A stretch of DNA of 64,000 nucleotides. It comes from Vicugna vicugna. Lineage: Eukaryota. The notes below the pieces were generated by a model, which saw only the letters and a program-made list of their open reading frames with translations, was not told where the DNA came from and did no database searches. Both the position numbers and the translations under genes were made by a program. Location: NCBI GenBank assembly GCA_013265495.1, contig MU061464.1, forward strand, positions 1,630,442 through 1,694,441, in the 5' to 3' direction. This document shows positions 1 through 13,060 of the stretch, in pieces. Positions within the stretch are counted from its first letter, which is position 1; each line of letters opens with the position of its first letter.

Positions 1-1049
1 GGACTGTGTGTGTTGTCTGGGACTCTGTAGCTCACAGACCACTTAGCTCCTGTGAGAGACACTGTTGGTTGCTACCCAACTCCTTTCCTTCACTTTCCAG
101 TGTCCCTCTGGTTTTGTTCATACCCATCTCCTTACAGAAGCACAAGCTTCAGAGAAAGCTAGCCTCAGAGCGAGACACAGGGTGTGGACTGTGATCGGGC
201 TACCTCCAGTCTACGATCGGTTTCAGTGTGGACGTTTGACATAATCCTGGCCAATGAGACATGGCAGAAGCCTGCAGGTGCAGACTTCAAAGGAGACAGC
301 TCATAGAAGACAGGTTCGCCTTTCCCGGTCACTGCGGTGTCAGGAGGTGCCGTGTCTGGGAACTGCAGCGGTCAGCTCCCTGCCTGGAGAGGAGCTGGCC
401 CGAGGACTGTGAGGACCACCCCAGCGCAGGCAGGATGGCAGTGCTGGAGGATGAAAAGAGCAGGGGTCCCTGCTGACACTGCTGATCAGGGCCGGCAGGG
501 TCATGCTAGATGTGTTTGTTATTTAATACAAGTGAGCCAGATTTTTCTGCCGCTCAGAGATAAAAAAGCATGCTAAGTGCCTCCACCCTGAAGTGTTCCC
601 TTCGCTGCTCCTCCGCTGTCCCCACTGTGCTCTCAGTACCAAGAAGCACATTTCTTGAGCCATATCCTTTAACCTACATTTCGTATGGAATCTCTGGCCT
701 TATTTGATGATCGCGTATAACAATAACTGGTGCTGTTCTTGTCCAGATTTTTCTAACAATGGATAAGCTTATTACATAATGAGGACCCTGTGCCAAGAAA
801 ATGACTAAACAAAAGGTCTTTTCTCTCCCTGCTCACAAAAGCAGTATTGCGCAGGATGACATAATGAACTTTTTCATTGCTGAGGAACTTGAGAAATGAT
901 GTTAATGCATCTTTAAGCCGCACGTTAAATGACCTAACTCACTGGAATTTTTTTTTTAATGAAGAAAGGCAATAAATCATCGAGGGACAGACATTATATA
1001 TCAGTGAGTGCCTCTCCTTAAATGACATGGCTTGTGAATATTCCTGTGT

Positions 1050-1920
1050 AAATCGGCGCTTAGAAATCAGCGGACGTCACCTCAACCCAGTGACTGCGCA
1101 GAAAGAAACTTGGGGCAACCGCACATCGTTTGGGCGACTCCTTCCGCACGCGGGCCGGGGCGCTGTTTCCCTCTTGCGCTTCCAGGCACCTGTATGCGCC
1201 TTTGCCGCAGCTCCTCCTCGCTCGTGAGCAGGCGGCCTGCGTCCCCCAGGACGTGCGCGGCCACCTCGCTTCCCCGAAGGGGCCGGGTGGGCCGTCCTCC
1301 TTCCTCTCCGCTCTGAAGGGCGAGTGCGTTGTCTCTCCGGCTCGCGTCCCCCGGATTAGACGCCGGCCTCTGGCCCAGCGGTGTCCACCGCGAGGCCGCA
1401 GAGGCGGCGGCCCGGGGCGCCTTCACCCCTGGGGAGCCTGCCGCCTCCGCTCCGCCTGCCTCCGGTGGCTGGTTTCTGACGCCCCCCACCCCTCCCGGAG
1501 TCCCCTTCTGGCTTCTTTCCCGGACTGCATCCTGACTGGAAACGCTCGATTGCTCGCGGTCAATTGGGGGGCTCCCCAGACCTCCCGTCTTCATCCGCGT
1601 GGGGGGTCACCTGGCACAGGCGGCGCTCAGAGCGCAAGACCCTTCAGGCGAGAACGCCGGCCCGGCGCGCAGCCTGCCTGTCGCCCTGGCTGTTCGGACC
1701 AGCGTGGTCCCCGGGAAACGCGCGCACGGCCCCTGCTACTTCCGCCTGTTCCCTGGCAAGATCCCCGAGGAAAACGCCTTGAATGCGCTCCCGGCCCGCC
1801 TGTACCTGGAGGGCGGATGGGCCTGGCTTTGCTCACCTGATGCCCTGGTTCCCACAAGGGCCTCTCCCACTCCCCCCCCACGAGCAGCCGGCCCCCGTTT
1901 GACCCCAGGATCGGCAGGGC
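1050..1920. promoter_or_regulatory. Orphan CpG island
   Basis: About 870 bp of very GC- and CpG-dense sequence with no recognisable coding exon, ~36 kb beyond the TGFBR3 poly(A) site. Confidence 0.7.
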
Positions 1921-4524
1921 CGCTCCACTTGGGTAGACTCTGACTGTAACAGGTACAAGTAGGCATTTGTTTGAGGATTTGTTTTGTTGTGGAGGAACAG
2001 AGGCTTGACTCAAGTCAGTTCAAAAAAGGGGGAATCAATTTTTACAGATAAACATGAAGGAAGAAGAGGTCAGTGATGGCACAGGAATTCGAGGGCAGAA
2101 GCTGTAGTATGGCTGGACCCCGTGGGAGAAGGAACCAGGAGCTGGACATCTGCAGGGAGCAGGGACCACGCTCCTCGGGCAGGGCGCCTGCCTCCTCTGG
2201 ATGGCCCCCACTCCCCTCCCTAAGCTGACCAGCATCCTCTTCTTACCCGTACTTTCAAATCCCTATAATTTGGGGATGCCTATGGCTTATCACGGCCGCC
2301 TGGGACCCTACCTAATGGCAACTCCTGATACACACGTTTGACTTTTGCCTTCACTATTCATTGGCTTAGTTTTATAACAGCTATACCTTAAACAGATGAG
2401 AAGAGAGACTAGAGAGTGACAGCCCCCAAACCCATCATCCAGCTTTCAATTATCACCATTTTGCTAAATTTCCTTTTTCATTAGAATGTTTTAAAGCAAA
2501 TCCCAGAAATCGTTTCATTTCACTTATACGTACTTTTACTGAGTTTCTGTATTTTAAGATAATTAGATCTTTTCCATCCCAAAGGAATCTGATTGGCCTT
2601 ATCTCATCATTTCAAGCCTAGCCGTTCAGCTGGACTGTCCACGGGTTGGAAGTCTTTGGGTTAGGTGACCAGCCCAGTCCGATCAATAGTGACTGGGGAG
2701 GACTGTAGCCATTGACACAAAATGACTCAAATGGCACTGCTCCACAAGGGCAAGAGCAGAGCAGTTTTCTGCAGAAGGGAACCAGGCAGGGCACACACTG
2801 ATTAAATCATCCCCGGGTCACAGAGTCGGGATGAAGGTGTGGCAAATGAAGCACTTGGGTCAAGCACAAAATTTAGGGAGAGCCCAAACACTTAGTAATC
2901 AAGATAAATAATATCCTGATGCAATGTTTTAAAGGAGTAAAATAACTTCTAGAAAAGCTACGATGAATAAAATATCAAAATGACCAGTGAGGACAGGCTC
3001 TGCCCGCACAAGAGCACCGAGCAGCCTGCGCTGAGCGACCGTCTTGTCTGTTTCAGGTCCTCTGCGCTCATTTGGGCATTTACTCCTCACAGTGACCCCA
3101 TGAGGAAGGTATGATTAAATGCCTCATTAAATTTCTTGATACCTAATTGAATTTTCAGTCTGCTTTTAACAAAGGGCATTTATTGGTGAAATTAAATGTA
3201 CGGCAACAGAAACTCAGTCAAGACACATACAAAAATGTGACCGGGGTTTCTGTTTTCAACATGTCTTCTTTGCTCTTCCCTTTTCCCGGTTTGCCCAGTT
3301 CAGTGACCTAACTTGCTTAGAAAAATAACAAGCCCTTTCCAAAAGAAACAACATTTAAATCAAAGAAAATCCTTACAACAACAGTGCTTTTAACGTGATT
3401 GTTTTAAGACTCTGAAATTTCCGACAGGCTGGGTTTTTGGAACCTCGAACTGGGTGCCTCATCACTCGGAGGACCAGTCCTTCAGGGGATTTGAGCAGCT
3501 GCATTTGGGAAGCTGCTGGGAGAGGCTGTTTTGCCTTTGAACTATGATACCTCTTCAAAAGAAAGGAGGTTTCCATGGTTATTATTCACACTGGAACCTT
3601 AGTGACAGGCAGCTCTTACTAATCGTTTACTTACTCTGCAACTGTGCGTCAGGGGCAGGCATGGTCCAAAGCACGATGCTTGGAACCTGACTAGGAAATA
3701 AGACAACACAAATTCCTACCATTGTGAACAAACATTTGATTTTAGTATTATGGCAGAGCTCAGACTTAGGTGTCTGATTTAGGACCTGATTTTACCATGT
3801 TTGAAAGAAACAGATAATTTTAATTTGTACAATTATAAGAAAAATAGGAAATACATTCAACCTCAACTGGTTATAGTCTGAATGTACTGGAATATTCCCC
3901 AATCAGTGAAAATCCTTAGACCTGCATTATCATTCTCCTAAACATTCTAGCTCATTTCCAAATAATGGCTCGTTCATCTCCCAGCTGAGAATTTAAGGAC
4001 AGCAGACTTGCTTGTGCTGCGTGGTTTGTGGGAACTGGGAAGCCTGACTATTTTCTCTTTCTTCTTCTAAACTGCCTTCCTGAAAACAATTAAAGAAAGC
4101 AATAAATAGTTAATGAAATCTTCCCTTTATGATTTTATCATGTGGATGAAAAAGGGTGTTGAATTTTACAACTTTAATCTCCTTTTCAAATTATTTCTGC
4201 TCATAAAATTTAGCCATATGTTATTAGATAACTCTCAGCCGCCCTGTGTGCTGAGACATGCCTTTTCTGCTAATGCGTGAGACTCCAACGGTGGCAATCC
4301 CAAAACACAGAGATGTTGTCTCTAATTTTCCAGGTATATAAGATAATTTTTAGGAACTGTCTTCCAGCACTGCTGAAACAAACCTTCATTATGGTAGCTG
4401 GTCTTGATTCCTTCATTTACGTTATTCCTTTTGAAATCTTACAAAGACACTTGCTTTCTTGAATAGAAATGTTTTGTCCCCATGGTTATACACTATCTTT
4501 GCACTGAAATGTAGCTGCAGCTAC

Positions 4525-4764
4525 AATCAGGAATGAAAGAGGGGACATCACTACTGATCTTAGAGAAACAAAAAGGATTGTAAGGGAATACCGTGAACAA
4601 CTGTGTGTCAACAAATCAGACAACTTAGATGAAGTGGACAAATTCCTAGAAAGACACAGACTGCAGAAACTAACTCAAGGAGAAGTATAAAATCTCAAAA
4701 GACCTATAACAAGTGAAGAGATTAAATTGGTAATTTTAAAACTTCCTTTAAAGAAATGCTCAAG
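4525..4764 (+). mobile_element. LINE-1 ORF2 fragment (IRNERGDITTD...LPTKKSPG region), degenerate
   Basis: aatcaggaatgaaagaggggacatcactactgat...ttagatgaagtggacaaattcctagaa matches L1 ORF2 between the EN and RT domains. Confidence 0.85.
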
Positions 4765-5815
4765 CTTAGAAGAAGAGGGAGAAAGGAATCAATNNNNNNN
4801 NNNNNNNNNNNNNNNNNNNNNNNNNNNNNNNNNNNNNNNNNNNNNNNNNNNNNNNNNNNNNNNNNNNNNNNNNNNNNNNNNNNNNNNNNNNNNNNNNNNN
4901 NNNNNNNNNNNNNNNNNNNNNGTTAAATTCTACAAAGACATAGAGTAGCTGAATGGATGAAAAGACAAGATTCAGCAATATGCTGCCCCAGAAAGGCTCA
5001 CTTCAGCTTTAAGGACATACATAGGCTGAACATAGAGAGATGACAAAAGATACTCCATGCAAATGGTAACCAAAAGAGAGCAAGGGTGGCTATACTTACA
5101 TCAGACAAGAAGGACTTTAAGTTGGAAAATGTCAAACNNNNNNNNNNNNNNNNNNNNNNNNNNNNNNNNNNNNNNNNNNNNNNNNNNNNNNNNNNNNNNN
5201 NNNNNNNNNNNNNNNNNNNNNNNNNNNNNNNNNNNNNNNNNNNNNNNNNNNNNNNNNNNNNNNNNNNNNNATAGACAACATAGCACTAGTAGGGGACTTC
5301 GGTCCCTACAGTCAACAATGGACTGAGCATCCAGACAGAAGATCAACAAGGAAATGTTGGACCTGAGCTATGCTTTAGACCAAATGAACCTAACAGACAT
5401 GAGGAACATTCCATCAAATACATTCTTTTAAAGCACACATGAAACATTCTCCAGGATAAATCATACGTTAGGGCATAAAACAAGTCTTAGCCAATTTAAG
5501 AAGATTGAAATCATACCAAATCATACCACAATGGTATGAAACTAGAAATCAATAGCAAGAGAAAATTGGAAAAGTCATAACTACGTGAAAATTAAACAAC
5601 ACGTTTCTAAACAACCAGTGGGTCAAAGAAGAAATCAAGAAAGAAATTTAAAAAAACATCTTGAGAGAGATGAAAATGGGAAGACAACATACCAAAGCTT
5701 GTGGGATGCAGCAGCTCTGAGCAGGAAGTCAGCAGCTCTGAGCAGGAAGGGAAGGAAGATGTCTCGAACGAACAGCCTGACTTCACACCTCAAGAAGCTA
5801 GGCAAAGAGCAAACC
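4765..5815 (+). mobile_element. LINE-1 inter-ORF plus ORF2 endonuclease fragment, degenerate, containing two N runs
   Basis: It contains remnants of HRVAEWIKKQD, HANGNQKRAGVAILTSDK and VGDF motifs, with frameshifts and stops. Confidence 0.88.
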
Positions 5816-8419
5816 GACTCTGCCTACTCGTTCAGCGATGCGTGGTTTCTTTGACAAGCCTCTTCCACAACGTCGTTTTCAGTGGTGCACAGTGAATACA
5901 ATCATGTGTTCCCAATTGTTCAATATTCAGGCTATGTCTAATTTTTCCGTATTATAAGCAACGCCACTAACTGTGTCTTTGCATCACTCCAATTTCACAG
6001 AAGAGCTTCCTGGAAGTGTGGGTCTGGGTGCATTCGTACAGCTTTCCTTACAGGGTGCCACCAACTTTGTACTGATGGTCTGGGACACACACTTTGCAAA
6101 CTGAAGAGCCCTTGGGTCCCCAGACCTCCTCCCTGAGGAACATGATAGAACAGAATTACCAGCTTAAAGGAGCTTCGGGTCCAGTCTTCATCTCCTGTTT
6201 GAAGCTGTGAAATGACTCGGCCTCTCTGATTTTCAGTGCCTCTGTTTCCCAAGTGAAGCTATGGCGCTTTCCTCCATGCAGTGGAAAAGCCCCTTGAAAA
6301 GAGTATGATTTCCCAAAGTACGTATTACTTAAACCAGAATCCTTAGCGACCAGGCTCTGTCCTTGCAATCATCCTTCATCCTGGAGAAGGAGGAACAAAT
6401 CTCTCTTGTCTTACAAACCACTTTCTCCTGTTTTATTTTCAATCAAATCTGGAACTTCACTGAATTGAGAACCAGAAACAAGGAGCCAGAGGGCTCATGA
6501 GCTAACTGTTGGGAAGAACAAGGTTCACCCGGGTCCGGTGCGAGCAGGCGTTTCAGCCAGGAGGCCGTGGGGGCTGGCGGGGTGGGCCGAGGGCTCTGTC
6601 CTCTCAGCCACGAGAGCTTGGCCTGGTGCTGAACAGCGCGTGTGCTGGACTTGGAGATGGCCGGCTGGGCTGAGCCAGCCGAGCCGGGGGGGCTGCCCCG
6701 GCCCTCATCCCAGGCAGGGGAAGCTGGTTCGGGCTGCCTCCCAGGGGGCGCCGGGGAGCAGGCGTGCTCAGAACACAGGAGGAAAGCAGGGGTGGTGGCG
6801 GCCCCAGTAACTGTGGGCGCAGCCCTTCCTCAGACCTCCCCCCGCACCCGCCACCTCGGGCCTCAGACCTGAGCGCGTCGATATCACTGGGCATGCAACT
6901 TTTCTGCATCCGGCTGATGCAGCGGTCCCCACAGAGAGAGCCGAATGTCCTCGTCGTGGTGAATGGAAGCCGTTTACTCGGATGAAGCAGCACTGGGGGC
7001 CAGCGCTGGACTTTTCCCTTGTCCAGTCACAAGTCCTCCAAGGACGTGCCGGAAGGCAGTGCTCTCCCAACATACAGAGAGTCACCCCACGGCGTCCAGG
7101 CCACGAACTTCACAAAACCCTGAGCAGACTATCTGGGATATGGGAAGAAGCTCCCTGACCAAAACTCAGGGCTCTCCAGGAAATCTCGGGGCCCTTGGTC
7201 AATACATTTGGGAAACCTCCACCCCAAGGCACATGGTCTTCATAGCACCCCAAAGGGACCCACAGTTACTTTTTTCTGCAGAGGTCACAGAGGCCCCCCG
7301 CTGCATGAGGTCACCTAGCCTCGGGGGCAGGGCGGGATGGCTCCCCGGACTGTCCAGCACCATCCTTCCCTGGGGATGCCCGCTGCCCTCCCTCTGGGGG
7401 GGTCTCCCCTGGACCACATTCTGGGATGGTGGCCCTGCATGTGACCCGAGGTCCCGTGGAGGCCACAGCAGCTACAGGGACCCATGGGGCTGCAGGCACA
7501 TGTGTCATCATGAGCTCAGAGCCCCACCCTCAGGCGGCTGGCCGGATGTCACAAAAGTTAATCAAATACATTAAACTGACTGTTGGGGTGTTACCAACAA
7601 CAGGCACTGACATCCATCCCTTGGGCTTCACGAGGCAATGAGAGCTGATCTGAGTCACTGCACAACGGGTCCCCATGGAATCCAAGCGTAAACAGGGAGG
7701 CGAGGTCTGGCCCACTCCCCTCTGAGTCAGAGCAGGCCTCCCACTGGGGGTCCCCCAGGCCTGGCTGCCCCTCCGCCCTTGTGTGGGGCTCACTGCCCGC
7801 AGCAGCTCACCCTCTGGGAGAGGGTGAGGGCAGAGCGATGGCTGCTCAGAGCCCCAGGGCTGGAGGGAGGGGAGAGCGGGCCTTCAGCCCCGGGTGGGTT
7901 CCTCCCACACCTCCATCTCCTAGTGGATGAACGTTTCTTCCTCTTCTTTCCTCCTCCTTTCTTTCTCTTCGTTTGCTTTCTCTTTTCCCACATCCAACTT
8001 GGGAACAGGAGTTGGCAATACTCAGTTACCCTACAGGCAGACAAGGACAGAAAGTCTAGAAAGATGGAAACATCCCAAGAGTCGTTTGGAAAATACTTGC
8101 TATTCTATGATGTACATATACATTGCTCCACGCACAGACGGACACAGAAAGATCGCACCTTGGTTTAGCTTGTTGGCACTTTCTTTGTGGCTTAGTTATC
8201 TTGTGAATAGTAAAGGGGGGTCTCTGGGAACAAATACCATCATCTTTTCTTCTTTTCTGAGTTTAGAGGTGCTAAACTCCTGTGGGCGAGGTGAGTTTGG
8301 AGGAGCCGTGGCCGGGGTTGTGTGCATGAGGCGAGCCGAGCCTTCAGCCCTAAAGCCGCACCCACGTGCTGCAGTAACGTCCGCGATGGCTGGTGGGCGT
8401 GCGTGGTCTCAGCACTGGG

Positions 8420-8645
8420 AGGCAGCAGGCGAATGCAGGCTTAAAAGCACAAGCTTCGTGATCACACAGGCTGAGTTCAAAGCTCAGCTCTGACAGTTTC
8501 ATCCCTGTGATCTCAGGGTTATTCAGCCTCCCCCAGGATCGGTTTTGTCATTCACAGGATAGGTGGTCCCGAGGATGCGGTGAGCTAGCATGAGCAATCC
8601 ACTTGATACACAGAGTAAGCGTCCAGTGAATGGTAGCTGTCATTT
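8420..8645 (+). mobile_element. MIR SINE
   Basis: The 5' part, core and 3' end (gagtaagcgtccagtgaatggtagctg) resemble MIR. Confidence 0.6.
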
Positions 8646-9894
8646 TGCAACATGAATTTTTAAAGCAAACCTGCTGTTCATACTATTAAGACTTGCAACA
8701 TGATTTGTATTAAGTTTCCTTTAAAATGTTTGCTTGTAAGTAAACTACTGGGTTAAAAAAAAAAACCTAAAAAATTGCTCCTCAGCATAGACAGACCCTA
8801 TGCTGAGTACTGTTCAATAAGTCAAACAAGCTCTTAGATTAAGAAGGTAAACCTCAACACAGGTATAATTTATTAATTTTTTCAGTTGATGGAATTATTA
8901 TCATCATCATGGAAGACAATTAAGTTAATATAGCAATTTCATCTATAATTTAAAAAAGCAAAACAGATCTAGAAAGAGCAGGAAACACTTTCCTTACCTA
9001 GGCTCTGGTCATTCCCAGCCTAAGTTGACTTCAGCCTAAAGGAGGACCCGAAGGATGGGAAGGGAGAGGTAGCCGACCCAAAGCCGCAGAGGGTGGGAAG
9101 CCGGGGGAGGGGCTTCCCTCTTGGAAGAGGCCCAAACAAGAGCTTCCACGGAAGTAAAGATTCACACAGGAAGGGCCTGGAAACCCCACAGCTAAGTGGA
9201 GGGCTCCTACTGTGGTCCTGATCCCCCGATGGTGACTGATAACTCCCATTGTGTCCAGGCCTGTGTTTCCGGGCAGGAAATCCCAGCCCCCACGGCAGGA
9301 TAAGGCCAGCCTGGGAGCGGGTCCTGGGGGGGCATCTCACTGCCACTCCCCCCTCCTGCCGGGGTCAGGTCCGGCTCCCTTTCCCAGGACCTCGGCGGGC
9401 CGAGAGGTCAGGGCCGGCGCGGGCTGCCGTGGAGTTCAGCCTCCCCCGTGTGGGGCTCAGTCACTAAAGCCAGGCCTGGGAGCGGAGTGGGGCGCTGGCC
9501 GAGGGGAGGGTGTGAGGAGGGTGAAGGATGAGGCGTGAAGTTCACAAGGCGGCTTACGTTTGGGGGTCAGGGTAGACGCTGATTTGAGGGTTAAAATAGG
9601 AAGAATTTTTTTCAAATCTATTTTCACTTTTTTCCTGGTTGTAACTATATTTTGGCTAATTTGGCTAGTAAGTGAGGACATAATAAATCAGAGTCTTTGC
9701 AAAATCCGCTTATTTTCATGGTGACACAGCCCTGGGAGGCCCAGCGGGACCTCCTCCTGGGGTCCTCCTGGCACATCCTCCTCACGCGTTTGAACCAGAG
9801 GCTCAGGTGAGCAGCTCTGCCTGCCGGCCCCCGGCGTGCCCTTGCCTGTGCATTTTAGAGATGGGATGAGGGAATCTGAGAGATTTTTTAATGA

Positions 9895-10125
9895 TAAAAT
9901 AATAATAAATTCATCCGGGCTGTTGTAACTGCTTTAGATAGACTAATCCATTTAATCCTCATAACAACTCTTTGAGGGAGGAAGTGATTGCTCCTCCGTT
10001 TTGCATACATACAACTGAATCACAGGTAAGGCATTTAGCCAAGGTCACGCTTGTAAACGGTGGGGCTGGGACTTGGACACCGGCGGTTTGGCTCCACTGT
10101 CCACGTTCTCCCCAGCTACACTATG
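9895..10125 (-). mobile_element. MIR SINE
   Basis: catttaatcctcataacaactctttgaggg...gccaaggtcac is the antisense MIR core. Confidence 0.7.
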
Positions 10126-10894
10126 CTGTCTTTCACTAGATTACAAGTTCATATCTTAATTTTAAAACAAGGATCCAAATTTTACTATAACTGCTTTTTT
10201 AAAAATCACATTATTGCTTTTTTCAGAATGTAAAGTTAATAGTTATTGTAGAAAATTTGAAAGCAAAATTTTAAACATCATAAAGAAGAAAATTAAAACT
10301 GCCCATCCTCTTGCTGCACAGAAGTAACTGCTATGAACATGTTAGTATATTTTTCTCCAGACTTTTCTCTCTGCACGAATACATGTGCATTACTGAGCTA
10401 ATGCTCTATGTAGCATTTTGCAACCTGTTTTCCCCCTGAATGATGTATTAAGAATGCGCTTTATGCCATGGGGTATTCCATAACTTGATTTTTAACACCT
10501 GTTAAGTCATTGCGTTCCATGATTTATTTAACCAGTTCCTTGCCATCGGACATTCAGTAATTACCTGGGTTTTTTTGCTTTTAAAAATAACTCTGTGATA
10601 ACCACGATAATCACCACTTTTAAATATGTATTTTCATTCTGCTACAATAAAGAGGGTGCATTAATGTGACAATTATCCAGGAAGTTCTAAGTTTGAACAG
10701 AAAGTTTGGAGAAGTTTGAAAGGCCATCTAAATGCAGCTTCCAGGTCTCCCTGACTGGTGGAGCACACTGACCTTGACCCAGGCCAAGGCAGCATGGAGA
10801 ATGTACACATTCAGCTGACTAATATGTCGGGGGCACCTCCTACTTGCTAAGCACTCTTTCAGGAGCAGGGAATACAAACTCCAGAGCAATCGTG

Positions 10895-11125
10895 GAGCTT
10901 TTAAAGAGACAGACTAAGAGTGCAGGGTCCTGGAGTCAGAGTGATTGCTCTTCCCCCAAGAAGTCTAGCTGTGTGTCTTCGGGCAATTAACTTGACTACT
11001 CTGAACCTCAGTCTCTTCATCTGTGATGTGCCCACCTCATGGATTCTTATGAGCATGAAATGAGATAGTACTTGTGAAGGTTCCCCACAATGTCTGGTAT
11101 GTACTAAGTGCTCTGCCTGTTGGTA
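10895..11125 (+). mobile_element. MIR SINE
   Basis: ctggagtcagag...ctctgaacctcagtctcttcatctgtga...gtactaagtgctc matches MIR. Confidence 0.75.
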
Positions 11126-12849
11126 TAGCTCCAACCCTGCCCTCCTGCTTTAACCCCGAAGACCTGCCCACCTGGAGCTCTAATATAATCACTCAACAAT
11201 TCTAAACCTCTCTATTATCTACTTAACAGAATCTTTCTACTCTCCTCCTGCCTCACTGAGGCGACTATCTAACCTACTATCACCTAAATGGTGCCTACTG
11301 CCAAGGAAGACGGAAACACGAAATTAACAGATAAAAACAGAGTTCAGCAGGGAGCCTTCCAAACTACAGTAGATACTTGATTAGTCTTGAAACTTAGAGT
11401 CAACAAAACACAATTGCTTAAAGTTTACTCTGGACCAAGAGATTTCCTCGGTGAGAGAAAACCCTGCCCATTGCCTCATGCTCCTTAGGGTTCAGTTTAC
11501 ACACTGAACTCTAAACCCTCCAGTTACCCTTCTGAAAATTACATCTGCTGTGACCCACACAACCGCTGTATCACTAATGCTGAGTGAGAACTGCGGGAGG
11601 AGCCCTGAGTGCTCCATTCAAACCAGGGTGTTTTCGATCTCTTTTGTGGTTAAGCTTCATGAGAATCCAGGACTACGAAGTAGAAGGGCACTGGGGCCAA
11701 CAGCGCAGTGGTTGCTCTGCCCTCTTCATTCCTTCCGCCTGCAAAAAAAAAAAAAAAAAAATCAGCATTTCTTTCTCATTCTTTGACAGGGCTACAAGAC
11801 TAATCTTTTCTATTTATGTATTTATTTTTTCAAATTGTAACTTGCATGATTTAAATGGCAAAACACGGTCCAATATTGTGCTAGCCGGCGCAGAGACCTG
11901 GAGGTACTGAACGGGGGGGGGAAGGTCTGATCACAGCACAAAATCACAAGAGGCCTCAGGTCAGCTGAGACATCTCCTCATTTATCCCTCGTCTTTTGAA
12001 AATGCTGCAGCTGTGGGAAGATAAAGGTGGCTGTCTGCAATCTCTGAATGTGGTGATTGGGCAGGAAACGCGACTTTGGGGGGAACTAGATTTCAGGGTA
12101 ACTGAGGAGGCTGCACAATCTGACAGGTGGAGGGTGGCCCGGGGTTCTGCTCCTTCATCCCTCACCCGCAGGGCGCCAGGGCCGGCTGCACTTCCCTTCG
12201 CCACGCCCTACTTTTCTTTTTTGCGCAGTGAGAGTCACACCTCTAGGCTATTTCCAAAGCCTTGTACAAGGTTCTATGAAATGTTTTTTAAACATGCTTT
12301 TGCACATGTGTTAGAATTGGGAAGCCTGACAAATGTATTTATTAATAAACATGGATGAGCAAAGAGCATGAACAGACAATTCATAAGAAAAGATACAAAC
12401 AACTAATGAACATTTCCAAAGAAGGTTAAAATTCCTAATAATCACAATTTTCTACTTATCCAAACAATAACCCTTAAAAAGAAATCTTATACCGAAGAGG
12501 TTTAGAAGAGTCCCAAGTGCCGTGCAGAGCTGGGACAATCTCGCCGGCCGGGACGAGCACGGAGGTAACAGCCAGCCCTGCGTCAGGCGGGGTCTGAGCA
12601 GGGTGGCACCTGCTCTCGCAGGCCTGGCCCTCCCACTGCTCCCTGTGCTGGACTCAGTTTGTTGGCCTGGAGTCCCGGCCCCTTCTGCCCTCGCTCCTCG
12701 GGCAACCACTCCACCCTGACTCTCAGGCGTTTGTTTTGGGGATACCGGCCAATTCCTGGTCACTCCAGTGGAACAGTCCTGGGACTTTTGTCATAATTAT
12801 CAGGAAAGTGAGCATTCTTTCTGCTTTCACTAAGAGCTATAAGAAAACA

Positions 12850-13060
12850 GCAGAAAGTAGAAGGGTGGTTGCCAGGAGGCGGGGGAGGGGGGAAGGAGGC
12901 GTTGTTTACTGGACATAAAGATTTCATCTTGCAAGATGCACACATTCTGGAGACGTGCTGCCCCACGATGCGGAAATACCCACCACCACTGCGCTGTGCT
13001 CTTAAACGTGGTTAGGATGGCAAACCTCATGTGTTCTGCAACCACAATTTATATTTTTTT
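12850..13060 (+). mobile_element. L1MB-type LINE-1 3' end fragment
   Basis: gaaagtagaagggtggttgccagg...ttgcaagatg...ttctggaga...aaacgtggttaggatggcaaa...accacaat matches an old L1 3' UTR. Confidence 0.7.

Noticed and set aside
1130-1840. 236-aa + strand ORF and overlapping 170-aa - strand ORF in the CpG island
   Set aside because: They are Pro/Arg/Gly/Ala-rich, match no recognisable family and are open in several frames. This is the expected stop-codon depletion in GC-rich DNA.
6963-8493. 203-aa and 188-aa ORFs
   Set aside because: They show no domain similarity or splice context, and the second begins in a low-complexity CT tract.
11743-11761. A19 run as a possible retrocopy tail
   Set aside because: There is no TSD, no upstream AATAAA and no recognisable mRNA or SINE body. 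Treated as a homopolymer.
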